Source of the DNA: Clostridia bacterium
GTDB taxonomy: Bacteria; Bacillota; Clostridia; Oscillospirales; CAG-272
Direction: 5' to 3'
DNA: 64,000 nt
Assembly (NCBI GenBank): GCA_017625935.1
Contig: JAGALA010000015.1
Location: 7,696-71,695, forward strand
Of the stretch, positions 38,620-47,433 are shown piece by piece. A program made the translations under genes and the position numbers. Positions within the stretch are counted from its first letter, which is position 1; each line of letters opens with the position of its first letter. A model generated the notes under the pieces. That model was not told the origin of the DNA. It saw nothing but the letters and a program-made list of their open reading frames with translations, and did no database searches.

Positions 38620-38721
38620 AAAACGTACACGTGTCGCGCTATTTTGCGCGTGCGGTAGAAAATAAGTTAAATTTAGCGAGGCACGTATCGCGTCCGAGCT
38701 GTAAAAAATAAAGGAGACAAA

Positions 38722-39849
38722 ATGAATTTCGATTTAAGTGTTTTATGGGAAAACATCGCCGAGCTGTTTCGTGACGGCGGATGGAAAATGCCCGTAATGT
38801 GGATAATAGGCGGCGTGCTTATTTTCCTTGCAATCAAAAAAGAAATGGAGCCGACGCTCCTTTTGCCAATGGGCTTTGGCGCGATTTTGGTGAACCTGCC
38901 GAACTCGGGTGCGCGTGAGGTTATTGACCACCTCTTTGAAATAGGTATCAACTCGCACGAGCTGTTCCCGCTTATTCTGTTTATCGGTATAGGTGCAATG
39001 ATAGACTTTGAGCCGCTTTTGACCAATCCGAAGCTTATGCTCTTTGGCGCGGCGGCACAGTTCGGTATTTTCTTTACACTCTGCGCAGCTTCCCTTATCG
39101 GCTTTGATATTAAGGATGCGGCATCAATTGCAATTATCGGTGCGGCAGACGGCCCAACCTCAATCTTCGTTGCAAATATGCTCAACTCCAACTACACCGC
39201 GGCAATTATGGTGGCGGCGTACTCGTATATGGCGCTCGTCCCCGTTGTCCAACCGCCGATTATCAAGCTTTGCACAACCAAGAAGGAAAGAATGATCCGT
39301 ATGGACTACAAGGGCAGAAAGGTTTCAAAGCTCACAAAGATTCTTTTCCCTATCGTAGTTACGGTAATTGTCGGTCTTGTAGCGCCCGATGCGGTTGCTC
39401 TTATAGGATTTTTAATGTTCGGTAACTTGATTCGCGAATGCGGAGTTCTCAACTCACTTTCCGAAACGGCACAAAAGGTGCTTGCAAACCTCATTACAAT
39501 CTTCCTTGGCATCACAATTGCTTCAAGAATGACCGCAAACGAGTTCTTGAAATGGGAAACAATTGTAATTATCGCACTTGGCTTAGTTGCATTTACGTTT
39601 GATACCTTCGCCGGCATTATGCTCGCTAAGTTTATGAACCTCTTTACAAAGAAGAAGATCAACCCAATGATAGGCGCGGCAGGTATTTCCGTGTTCCCAA
39701 TGTCGGCGCGTGTTGTTCACAAGCTCGGACTTGAGGCGGACAACCAAAACTTCCTGCTTATGCACTCGATAGGCGTTAACGTGTCGGGTCAGGTTGCGTC
39801 CGTTATCGCAGGCGGCTTGCTCCTTGCATTCGTGCAAGCGGTACTCTAA
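38722..39849 (+). CDS. oadB: Sodium ion-translocating decarboxylase beta subunit
   Basis: EPTLLLPMGFG, GAAAQFGIF, IIGAADGPT, AYSYMALVP, NPMIGAAG. Confidence 0.93.
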   Translation: MNFDLSVLWENIAELFRDGGWKMPVMWIIGGVLIFLAIKKEMEPTLLLPMGFGAILVNLPNSGAREVIDHLFEIGINSHELFPLILFIGIGAMIDFEPLLTNPKLMLFGAAAQFGIFFTLCAASLIGFDIKDAASIAIIGAADGPTSIFVANMLNSNYTAAIMVAAYSYMALVPVVQPPIIKLCTTKKERMIRMDYKGRKVSKLTKILFPIVVTVIVGLVAPDAVALIGFLMFGNLIRECGVLNSLSETAQKVLANLITIFLGITIASRMTANEFLKWETIVIIALGLVAFTFDTFAGIMLAKFMNLFTKKKINPMIGAAGISVFPMSARVVHKLGLEADNQNFLLMHSIGVNVSGQVASVIAGGLLLAFVQAVL

Positions 39850-39863
39850 GGAGGTGGCGTGAA

Positions 39864-40379
39864 ATGAAAAAGAGAATTTTATCTATTGTAGTTTTAGCGC
39901 TCATTGTTCTTTCGGCTTTTGCACTTAGCGCGTGCGGCAAAAACGGCGAAAAGGAAAAAATTTATTGCCCCGTGGAAAATTGCGGCGGCGAATTACTCGA
40001 TACATCGGCTGAGTCAAACGCGGTTTATTGCGATAAGAACCCACTCCATATGTACAAAATTTGTGCAAACGAGGAGTGCGGCGATACAATAGGTCTTGGT
40101 GATGCTTATTGCCCCGACTGCGGTGCAAGCCAAGTTGCTTGCCCTGAGTGCGGTGATGGCGAAATCGACGGCGTTTACTGCACAAGCTGCGGAAGACAAG
40201 TGCAAAAGGACGGAAAAATGAAGTTCAAGCTCGACTTCGGCGCCCTCGGCGAGAGTGCAATGATCCTTTGCAAGGGCATGCTCGGCATCTTTATCGTAAC
40301 AGGCGTTATAATTGCCTTTATCTTAGTCCTCAACACAGTTGTTGAAAAAATCAGACAGTCTAAGGAAAACAAGAAATAG
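39864..40379 (+). CDS. Lipoprotein with zinc-ribbon-like Cys pairs fused to an OadG-like TM segment
   Basis: Lipobox LSAC, several CxxC-type pairs, C-terminal KGMLGIFIVTGVII helix. Directly after oadB. Confidence 0.6.
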   Translation: MKKRILSIVVLALIVLSAFALSACGKNGEKEKIYCPVENCGGELLDTSAESNAVYCDKNPLHMYKICANEECGDTIGLGDAYCPDCGASQVACPECGDGEIDGVYCTSCGRQVQKDGKMKFKLDFGALGESAMILCKGMLGIFIVTGVIIAFILVLNTVVEKIRQSKENKK

Positions 40380-40532
40380 AATTATCTATACCATTCTTTG
40401 CAGAACAGCATAAGGGGGACGGAGTATTTTATGCCTCCTTTACAAAGGAGCCTAAAAATCAAATTAACAAATCAAACGGGGCTGGCTCATTAAGAATCCA
40501 GCAAAATCAATAGGTTTCGTCTAAATAATGAC

Positions 40533-40567
40533 AAAAAGCAGAATTTCACCGTGAAATTCTGCTTTTT
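40533..40567 (+). terminator. Intrinsic terminator
   Basis: AAAAAGCAGAATTTCAC-C-GTGAAATTCTGCTTTTT. Confidence 0.8.
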
Positions 40568-40596
40568 ATTCTTAATGAGCTGCCCAAAAAAGGACT

Positions 40597-40797
40597 CGGG
40601 GGTTGACAGATTAAGAGCAGAAATCGTCGATTTTTAAGCGTCGGCGTACTTGTGTACGGTAGAGCAAAAATCGGCGATAATAAACCACAATAACGAAGAA
40701 AAGCGGAGCTTTTCAACTTTATTTTTCAAACGATACTGTATATAGGTAGTTTTTGTCCTTTTGTGGTTTATGCTTGTGCCTTAATGTGTCACCCCCG
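40597..40797. mobile_element. Candidate MITE-like or structured non-coding element
   Basis: Ends CGGGGGTTGACAGATTAAG and CTTAATGTGTCACCCCCG are inverted repeats, with two internal stems and no ORF. Confidence 0.4.
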
Positions 40798-40822
40798 TTT
40801 TAATATATTTTGAAAAAAGGTA

Positions 40823-40853
40823 TTGACATTGACCTTACGTCAAGTGATATAAT
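40823..40853 (+). promoter_or_regulatory. MerR-type promoter/operator
   Basis: TTGACA-19 nt-TATAAT with the dyad TTGAC-CTTAC-GTCAA in the spacer, upstream of a MerR gene. Confidence 0.85.
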
Positions 40854-40875
40854 GTAACTAAAGGGTGGTGAGACT

Positions 40876-41580
40876 ATGGAAAACGAAAAGCTCACGGATA
40901 TAAACGAGGTGTGCAGGGCGCTTGGCTGTACCTCGCGCACGCTGCGCTTTTACGAGGAAAAGGGAATTATAAAAAGCACGAAATCACCAAATAAGAGTCG
41001 TAGGCAATATAACGACATGCAGATAAAGGAAATAAAGGACGTGTTGGTTTTGCGCTCGCTCGGCTTGCCTGTTGCTAAAATTAAAATGCTCAAATCAAGC
41101 AGTCGGCCGCTTGCGGATTTAATAGCGGAAAGAAAGGCGGAGCTTATTGCAACAATTGCTTCAAAAAGCAAGGAATACAATTTGCTTTGCGAAGCACTCG
41201 CAACTATTGAAGACGGCGGAAGCATATTTGAAAATAAGAAAAAGAACCCGATTGTTGCAGACAAAAGAAGATTAGATATAGTTAAGCACATAACGGAGTG
41301 CTTTTCGAATGAGTATTACGATTTAATATATGACAAATTTTCCGATATGCTAAAGGAATATATCTCTCTTGCCGCGTTTAAAAGGGTAATTTGTGATACC
41401 CTTGAGCCGATTGGCAAATTTATCGAAGTGGAAAAAATCACGCGCGACGAGGACTTGAATAATGTTTATTACAGCTATTTGAAGCACGAAAAGCTCGGGC
41501 TTTATATAAAGACGGTTTTCCACAAGGAGCAAATAAACGGATTTTGGTTGAATTATTATCATTATAAGGGGGAGAAATGA
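40876..41580 (+). CDS. MerR-family transcriptional regulator
   Basis: INEVCRALGCTSRTLRFYEEKGII...RRQY HTH. The C-terminal domain resembles DUF3887. Confidence 0.88.
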   Translation: MENEKLTDINEVCRALGCTSRTLRFYEEKGIIKSTKSPNKSRRQYNDMQIKEIKDVLVLRSLGLPVAKIKMLKSSSRPLADLIAERKAELIATIASKSKEYNLLCEALATIEDGGSIFENKKKNPIVADKRRLDIVKHITECFSNEYYDLIYDKFSDMLKEYISLAAFKRVICDTLEPIGKFIEVEKITRDEDLNNVYYSYLKHEKLGLYIKTVFHKEQINGFWLNYYHYKGEK

Positions 41581-41897
41581 AAGGAATATCATTGTTGTCG
41601 GTGCTTGCCTTGACACTTGCTTTAACCTCGTGCGATGTGCATTTCGGTGATGTACATTATGACGTGCCTTGGTGGGTTGTTGCAATACCAACAGCGCTTA
41701 TTTTGCTAACAGCGTTTATTGTGGGCGGCATTATAATATCAAAAAAGAAATACGTTTGCCCCAATTGCGGTCACGTATTTTCACCCAAATTTTATAAGGC
41801 AGCATATTCTGTCCATCTAAACGACGATAGAGTTTTTAAGTGTCCGCATTGCAAGAAAAGAGACCTTTGCAGCCCCGTGCGGAGCAACAAAAAATAA
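41577..41897 (+). CDS. Small membrane protein with C-terminal zinc ribbon
   Basis: Lipobox-like LTSC, a second TM helix, CPNC...CPHC. ATGA overlap with the MerR gene. Confidence 0.65.
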   Translation: MKGISLLSVLALTLALTSCDVHFGDVHYDVPWWVVAIPTALILLTAFIVGGIIISKKKYVCPNCGHVFSPKFYKAAYSVHLNDDRVFKCPHCKKRDLCSPVRSNKK

Positions 41898-41928
41898 AAG
41901 CATCAAGCAAAACAGCTTGATGCTTTTT
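41896..41928. terminator. Bidirectional terminator
   Basis: AAAAGCATCAAGC-AAAACA-GCTTGATGCTTTT. Confidence 0.8.
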
Positions 41929-41935
41929 GTGTATT

Positions 41936-41960
41936 GTAGGGGAGACATTCTCCCTCCCGC
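41936..41960 (+). repeat. GTAG-type REP-like palindrome
   Basis: GTAGGGGAGACATTCTCCCTCCCGC. Similar copies at 44400 and 54408. Confidence 0.45.
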
Positions 41961-41993
41961 CTCTAATGAGGGATTGGTTAATTACGTTTGATG

Positions 41994-43172
41994 TTAAAAA
42001 ATCCAAAGCCACAAGAGGTTGAAAATGAGCAGAATGAATAAAAAGCCGAAGTTGAAGGCGCTGAATTTGAGAATGTACTTGATTGCTCCTTTTGGGTTGT
42101 GGCTGATATACTCGCGCAGGGTGATAAGACTTGCAAGGGATGAAATGAGCGTGCCGACACCGCCGATGTTGACGCCGATAAGCAGCTCTCGGTAGTTACT
42201 TGCAAACTGCGAGAGCAAAATTGCGCTTGGCACGTTACTGATAATCTGGCAGGAAAGGGTAGAGAAAATGAGCGTGTCTTTCTCCAAAAGGAAGCCGAAA
42301 AAGTCCTTTACCGCATCTATCCTTGCCATATTTCCCGCAAAAATGAAGAAGAAAACGAAGGTGAGGAGCAACAGGTAGTCAACCTTGGCAAGCGCGCGTC
42401 TGTCCATGAAAATCAGCACAAGCGGAATTAAAATAAGTCCGACAATGTAAGGAATTCCACGGAAAACGATGAGAATTGAAACCAAAAAAAGCACAAGATA
42501 AATCGCTGTACGGACAGGCGGTAGCTTAACCTCCTCGTTTTGAATTTCGAGCACCTCGCCCTTGACAAAAATCAAGCAGCACACGGTGATAAGCAAAACG
42601 GAGAGGATAAACGACGGGAGCATAATTCCCATAAATTCAAGCGTTGGAATTTTGAAAAACGAGTAGAGGTACAAATTTTGCGGATTTCCAAACGGTGTGA
42701 GCATACCGCCAAGGTTTGCCGCGATATTTTGCATAATGAATGTAAACGGCATATATTTTTCCTTGCCCGTTGAGTGCAGAACAAAGAAGCCGAGCGGCAA
42801 AAACGTGAGCAGTGCCATATCGTTGGCAATAAGCATTGAGCCTAAAAACGTGATGTAAATGAGTGCCAAAACCGAAACACGTGCGGTTTTGAAAACGGAA
42901 ACTATTTTCCTTGCGATTATATAGAAAAACTTGATGTTCTTAAGCGCGCAAACAACCGCCAAGACGGTAAAGAGGCAGGAAAGCGTCTTAAAATCAAAAT
43001 AGGAAAGGTATTCTTTGTCGGGCGGGACGATAAAGCAGGTGATAGATGCTAAGATAAGCGCGATAACCATAACGACGTTGCGCTTGATAAAATTAAACGT
43101 GCGAAGACGAATTTGCACCAAAAGCTCCTTAAACGAGGCGTGGCGCACTCTTTTTTCGTTAACTTCCTTCAT
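41994..43172 (-). CDS. ArsB/NhaD/CitMHS-type (IT superfamily) permease
   Basis: Many TM helices, ANDMALL, AANLGGMLTPFGNPQN, ISNVP, GVNIGG...SLAS. Confidence 0.85.
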   Translation of the reverse strand: MKEVNEKRVRHASFKELLVQIRLRTFNFIKRNVVMVIALILASITCFIVPPDKEYLSYFDFKTLSCLFTVLAVVCALKNIKFFYIIARKIVSVFKTARVSVLALIYITFLGSMLIANDMALLTFLPLGFFVLHSTGKEKYMPFTFIMQNIAANLGGMLTPFGNPQNLYLYSFFKIPTLEFMGIMLPSFILSVLLITVCCLIFVKGEVLEIQNEEVKLPPVRTAIYLVLFLVSILIVFRGIPYIVGLILIPLVLIFMDRRALAKVDYLLLLTFVFFFIFAGNMARIDAVKDFFGFLLEKDTLIFSTLSCQIISNVPSAILLSQFASNYRELLIGVNIGGVGTLISSLASLITLREYISHNPKGAIKYILKFSAFNFGFLFILLIFNLLWLWIF

Positions 43173-43203
43173 TCTTTTCCCCCTCAAAATAAAATCCTTA
43201 TGC

Positions 43204-43268
43204 AGTATAATATTTTATTCTATATTTGTCAAGTAGCACTTGCCAAAAAAATCAAAATAATATATAAT
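43204..43268. promoter_or_regulatory. Divergent SigA-type promoters
   Basis: Minus TTGACA-17-TATACT (43232-43204). Plus TTGCCA-17-TATAAT (43240-43268). Confidence 0.7.
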
Positions 43269-43303
43269 GAGTTTAAGAAAGAATTTTTTTAGCGGAGAGA
43301 GAA

Positions 43304-44194
43304 ATGAAGAAGATATTTATTGTCGGCAGCTTAAACTACGACCTTGTAATAAACGCGCCGTATATGCCCGTCGGCGGTGAAACAATAAAGGGTAGCGATT
43401 TTATGACAAATGCGGGTGGCAAGGGCGCAAACCAAGCGTACGCATCAGCTAAGCTCGGCGGTACAGTTTATATGTGCGGCGCGGTGGGAAACGACTCCTT
43501 CGGGGAAGCGTTGCTTGATAGCTTATGTAGCGTTGGCGTAAACACCGATTATATTAAAAAAGTGGAAAAAACATCCACAGGTGTGGCTGTAATTGTGGTG
43601 ACGGAGGGCGAAAACCGCATTATTATCGATAGCGGAGCAAACGCACTTATAACAAAGGACGATATAGACAAATTCCTTGAAAACGCAAGCGAGGGCGACG
43701 TTTTCTTGACCCAGCTTGAAAGCCCTATTGACGTTGTTGGCTACGCGCTATCTCTTGCAAAGAAAAAGGGACTTTTGGTGATGCTAAACCCTGCGCCCGC
43801 AAACGTGGAAATTAAAAAATATTTACCCTGTGTCGATATTATCACGCCAAATGAAACCGAGCTTGAAATTTTGGGCGGAGTGGATGCGCTCCTTGAATGC
43901 GGTATAAGCACGGTTATTACAACACTTGGCGCGCGCGGCTACGAGATTGCAACAAAGGAAGGCGCGAAAATCTACCCCTGCATTAAGGTGAAAGCAGTTG
44001 ATACCACTGCCGCAGGCGATACCGCATCGGGTGGCCTTGCCGTAAAGCTTGCAAGCGGTGAAACAGTTGAGGAAGCAATGAAATTCGGCTCGCTCTGCGC
44101 GTCCATTGCCTGCACCAAGCGCGGCGCACAAATGTCCGTGCCGTCGCTCAATGAATTGAGCGAATACACCTGCGGTGATTCCATGCAAGCATAG
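43304..44194 (+). CDS. rbsK: Ribokinase
   Basis: VGSLNYD, GGKGANQA, LNPAPA, PNETE, VDTTAAGD. Confidence 0.92.
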   Translation: MKKIFIVGSLNYDLVINAPYMPVGGETIKGSDFMTNAGGKGANQAYASAKLGGTVYMCGAVGNDSFGEALLDSLCSVGVNTDYIKKVEKTSTGVAVIVVTEGENRIIIDSGANALITKDDIDKFLENASEGDVFLTQLESPIDVVGYALSLAKKKGLLVMLNPAPANVEIKKYLPCVDIITPNETELEILGGVDALLECGISTVITTLGARGYEIATKEGAKIYPCIKVKAVDTTAAGDTASGGLAVKLASGETVEEAMKFGSLCASIACTKRGAQMSVPSLNELSEYTCGDSMQA

Positions 44195-44362
44195 TTTGAT
44201 TCCATACAATGCGTTGCATTGATTCCATACCGCCTTTGGCGGATTCCATACAACCTGCGGTTGATAATATACACATCTGCGATGTGATGATATGCACGCA
44301 AAAATGCGTGATTCCATACAATGCGTTGCATTGATTCCATACAACCTGCGGTTGATAATATA
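44167..44362. repeat. Array of 8-nt linkers alternating with variable mini-hairpins
   Basis: Nine hairpins with 4-6 bp stems and 3-4 nt loops, separated by ATTCCATA, ATTCCATG, ATAATATA or ATGATATG. Confidence 0.85.
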
Positions 44363-44399
44363 GCACCCTGTGTCGATTTTAGACACAGGGTGCTGTTTT
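44363..44399 (+). terminator. Terminator hairpin
   Basis: GCACCCTGTGTC-GATTTTA-GACACAGGGTGC followed by TGTTTT. Confidence 0.75.
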
Positions 44400-44424
44400 G
44401 TAGGGGAGGGGCTTGCTCCTCCCG
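44400..44424 (+). repeat. GTAG-type REP-like palindrome
   Basis: GTAGGGGAGGGG-CTTG-CTCCTCCCG. Confidence 0.55.
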
Positions 44425-44430
44425 TCTTTG

Positions 44431-46128
44431 TTATTTGTTCAATTTCTCCATCGTTGTGCGCACGCGCTCGCTGTTTACCTTTAGCACGCGGCGGTCGTAG
44501 GTTAAAAAGCCGTTTGTTTCGTCCTCAACGTCGGAGAGCTGGGTGTAGATTGCACCGCACAAGCCGTTTTTCACGTTTGGGATAACCTCATTTTCATATA
44601 GATCAATCAGCGCGTTTTCAAACTCATCTTGGTTTTCAAATTTTTTGTAGCCGTATGTCTTTTGTAGGTTGGCGGAATGCTCCTTGATTTTGTAGGAATA
44701 ACCGCCAAATTCCGAAAGAATTATAGGCTTTTCTCCCTTCGCCCCCTTGAGCTTGACAGCCTTGAAATAAACGTGCAGACTGTTTACGTCGCTTTCGTTT
44801 TTCCTAAACCAGCCCGAGGTTGTATCAATTATGCGCGTGGAGTCAAGCTCACGCATAAGGCGGTACATTTTGTCAGCCTCAAATTGCCCCCAGCCCTCGT
44901 TAAAAATAGTGTAATAAACGACACAGGGGTGGCTATAAAGCTGAGAAACGGTGCGCTTCATCCCCTCGTAAAACGCATCACGCTCGCGTGGTGTGCGCTT
45001 CTTTTCACGCAGGTTTTTGATGCCTATTGTGGGCAGGGCAGTATCGCGGAAAAATGAGTATTTTCCGTTGTTTACCATATCCTGAAAAACAATCATTCCA
45101 AGCTTGTCGCATTGGTAGTAAAATTCCTCGGGCTCAACCTTTATATGCTTTCTTAATGTGTTGAAGCCGAGGGACTTCATAGCTAAAATATCGCGCGCAT
45201 ACTCATTTGGCGAGGCGGGAGTGTAAATTCCGTCGCTGAAATAGCCTTGGTCAAGCACGCCGTTAAAGAAATATACCTTTCCGTTTAGTAAAATGCGCGG
45301 AATACCGTCGATTTTTTTAATTTCAACTGTGCGAAGCGCAAAATACGAGTCTATTTTGTCCTCACCGCTTCTTGCCGTGAAGTAATATAGGTGTGGACTT
45401 TCGGGCGACCAAAGGGTGGGTGAGTCGATTTTTATTTCGCATTTGCCGTTTTCGATAGTGTATATTTTGTCACCCTCGGGTAAGTGGAGCTCAACCTCAC
45501 CGCCTTCAATTCCGTCAAAGAAAATACGGCAAAAGTCCGACCCTGTGTCGATTTTAAGCGATTTTATATACTCGCTCGGCACGCTTTCCAGCCACACGCT
45601 CTGCCAAATTCCCGAAATGGGAGTGTACCACATTCCGCCGCGCGCAAGGCGCTGCTTACCGTATGGGTAAATATGCGAGCTTAAATCGTCAACCACCTCT
45701 AAGCACAGCTCGTTTTCTTTCTTTAGCTTATCGGTAATATCAAACGAAAACGCATCGTAGCCGCCTGCGTGCGTACCGAGAAGTGTGCCGTTTAAGTAAA
45801 TAGCCGCGACGCCGTCGATAGCACCGAAATGCAAGATAACGCGCTCCTTGATAAAGCCGTCATTAAGCGAAAAGCGCTTTTTATAGACAAGGGGTGCGCC
45901 GTTTTTATAGACACGGCATACGCCGGATAGGAGGGACTCGGGTGCAAACGGCACGTTTATCTTGCCTGAAAAGTCCTCACATTCAAAGTCCCATTCGCCG
46001 TTTAACGAGAAAAACGAATATCTTACGAGCATTTTTCTTGGGTAATAGCTGTCGTATTCTCTTGCGGGATTGCCGCTATTTAGAAGCGCCTCGCCCTCTT
46101 TAGTTGTAAGATGCTTGATTTCTGTCAT
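44431..46128 (-). CDS. GH2 glycoside hydrolase
   Basis: SLNGEWDF, SGIWQSVWLE, GFNTLRKHIK, FNEGWGQ (acid/base), LSEFGG (nucleophile). Confidence 0.88.
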   Translation of the reverse strand: MTEIKHLTTKEGEALLNSGNPAREYDSYYPRKMLVRYSFFSLNGEWDFECEDFSGKINVPFAPESLLSGVCRVYKNGAPLVYKKRFSLNDGFIKERVILHFGAIDGVAAIYLNGTLLGTHAGGYDAFSFDITDKLKKENELCLEVVDDLSSHIYPYGKQRLARGGMWYTPISGIWQSVWLESVPSEYIKSLKIDTGSDFCRIFFDGIEGGEVELHLPEGDKIYTIENGKCEIKIDSPTLWSPESPHLYYFTARSGEDKIDSYFALRTVEIKKIDGIPRILLNGKVYFFNGVLDQGYFSDGIYTPASPNEYARDILAMKSLGFNTLRKHIKVEPEEFYYQCDKLGMIVFQDMVNNGKYSFFRDTALPTIGIKNLREKKRTPRERDAFYEGMKRTVSQLYSHPCVVYYTIFNEGWGQFEADKMYRLMRELDSTRIIDTTSGWFRKNESDVNSLHVYFKAVKLKGAKGEKPIILSEFGGYSYKIKEHSANLQKTYGYKKFENQDEFENALIDLYENEVIPNVKNGLCGAIYTQLSDVEDETNGFLTYDRRVLKVNSERVRTTMEKLNK

Positions 46129-46228
46129 AATTTACCTCGCTTGCCGAGGGGTATCGCGGATAAGCCGTGATTGCCTCGCGTAAATTCTATGTAATTATTT
46201 TATCACCCGCGCGCGCTTTTTTCAATAC

Positions 46229-46257
46229 TTGACAAAGTATTTTTAGTATTATATAAT
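46229..46257 (+). promoter_or_regulatory. SigA-type promoter
   Basis: Perfect TTGACA-17 nt-TATAAT. Confidence 0.75.
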
Positions 46258-46336
46258 AAAATCGAAAAGGTATGACGTGATGTAGCCACATCACGTTTGA
46301 AACAAGGCTTTTATAGCTAACTATATAGGAGGCATA

Positions 46337-47422
46337 ATGGAAGAAAGCAAGAATTTAACGCCCACCGAGGGCGAAAGCCAAGCGGAGCTAACCCCCGCGG
46401 TTGAGGGCGCAGAGAAGGAAAAGCACCCAAAGGTTAAAAAGAAAATAAACCTCAAATGGCTTGACGGAATTGAGGAAAAGCCAAGAAAATTAAAGGAAAC
46501 GCCCGACGTCAACGCCTTGCCGCAAACGCGCGGTGCAAAATTTTGGCGCGGTGTCTGGTCGTATCTTCTAATCACCTTTGGCACAGCGCTCATAGCGGCG
46601 GGAATTTATTTCTTCAAGTTCCCCAACCACTTTACAATCGGCGGCGTCAGCTCAATGGCGGTTTTGCTTGCGGAGCTTTTCGGCGGCGTAATCTCGGAAT
46701 CGTGGATTATGTCGATACTCAATATTGTGCTGCTTGTTGTTGCACTTATCATTTTCGGCAAAAAATTCGCAATTAAAACCGTATATTCGAGCTTGCTTTT
46801 GAACGTAATCGTTGTCGCGCTTGAATATATCTTCCCTATGAAGGATGCAAGCGGTAATTACGTAACGCTCACGAGTGAGCCGTTTCTTGAAATGCTCCTT
46901 ACCATCGGCGGCATTGCCGTCGGCAGTGCAATTCTTTTCAGCCAGGGCGCGTCCTCGGGCGGCACGGATATCATCGCTATGATTTTTAAGCGCTTCACCA
47001 ACCTAAATATCGGCACGGCGCTTATTATTTCCGATGCGGTTATCGTTGCGCTTTCTCCGTTTGTTTTCCACGGACTTGAAAACTATATGACTATATTCCT
47101 TTGCTCGGTAACGGGACTGCTCTTAAAATCGTTTATTGTCGATAACGTAATGGACGGCATCAACCTAAACAGATGCTTTATTATCGTAACCGACAAGCAC
47201 GATGAGGTGTGCGAGTTTATACACACAAAGCTCCACCGCGGAGCAACGGTTTCAAGCTGCGAGGGCTCGTTTACACACGAGGAAAAGAAAATGATTATAA
47301 CTGTCTTAAACAGAACACAGGCATCGATTTTGAAGGCGTACCTAAAGCAAACAGACCCACACGCGTTTACAATAATAACGAACTCAAGTGACATTCAAGG
47401 CAAGGGCTTCAGAATGGTATAA
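46337..47422 (+). CDS. YitT-family membrane protein
   Basis: GGVSS, GASSGGTDIIA, LHRGAT, DPHAF...GKGF C-terminus. Confidence 0.9.
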   Translation: MEESKNLTPTEGESQAELTPAVEGAEKEKHPKVKKKINLKWLDGIEEKPRKLKETPDVNALPQTRGAKFWRGVWSYLLITFGTALIAAGIYFFKFPNHFTIGGVSSMAVLLAELFGGVISESWIMSILNIVLLVVALIIFGKKFAIKTVYSSLLLNVIVVALEYIFPMKDASGNYVTLTSEPFLEMLLTIGGIAVGSAILFSQGASSGGTDIIAMIFKRFTNLNIGTALIISDAVIVALSPFVFHGLENYMTIFLCSVTGLLLKSFIVDNVMDGINLNRCFIIVTDKHDEVCEFIHTKLHRGATVSSCEGSFTHEEKKMIITVLNRTQASILKAYLKQTDPHAFTIITNSSDIQGKGFRMV

Positions 47423-47433
47423 AGGAGAAGACA

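Noticed and set aside
40597-40797. 6S RNA
   Set aside because: The length fits, but the pairing gives a branched fold rather than one long rod with a central bubble. It was kept only as an unassigned element.
44167-44362. CRISPR array
   Set aside because: The constant part is only 8 nt, the variable parts are 11-16 nt self-complementary hairpins that recur, and no cas genes are present.
43823-44386. Minus-strand ORFs with repeated peptides (MESMQRIVWN etc.)
   Set aside because: These are translations of the hairpin array antisense to rbsK, with no RBS or protein-like features.
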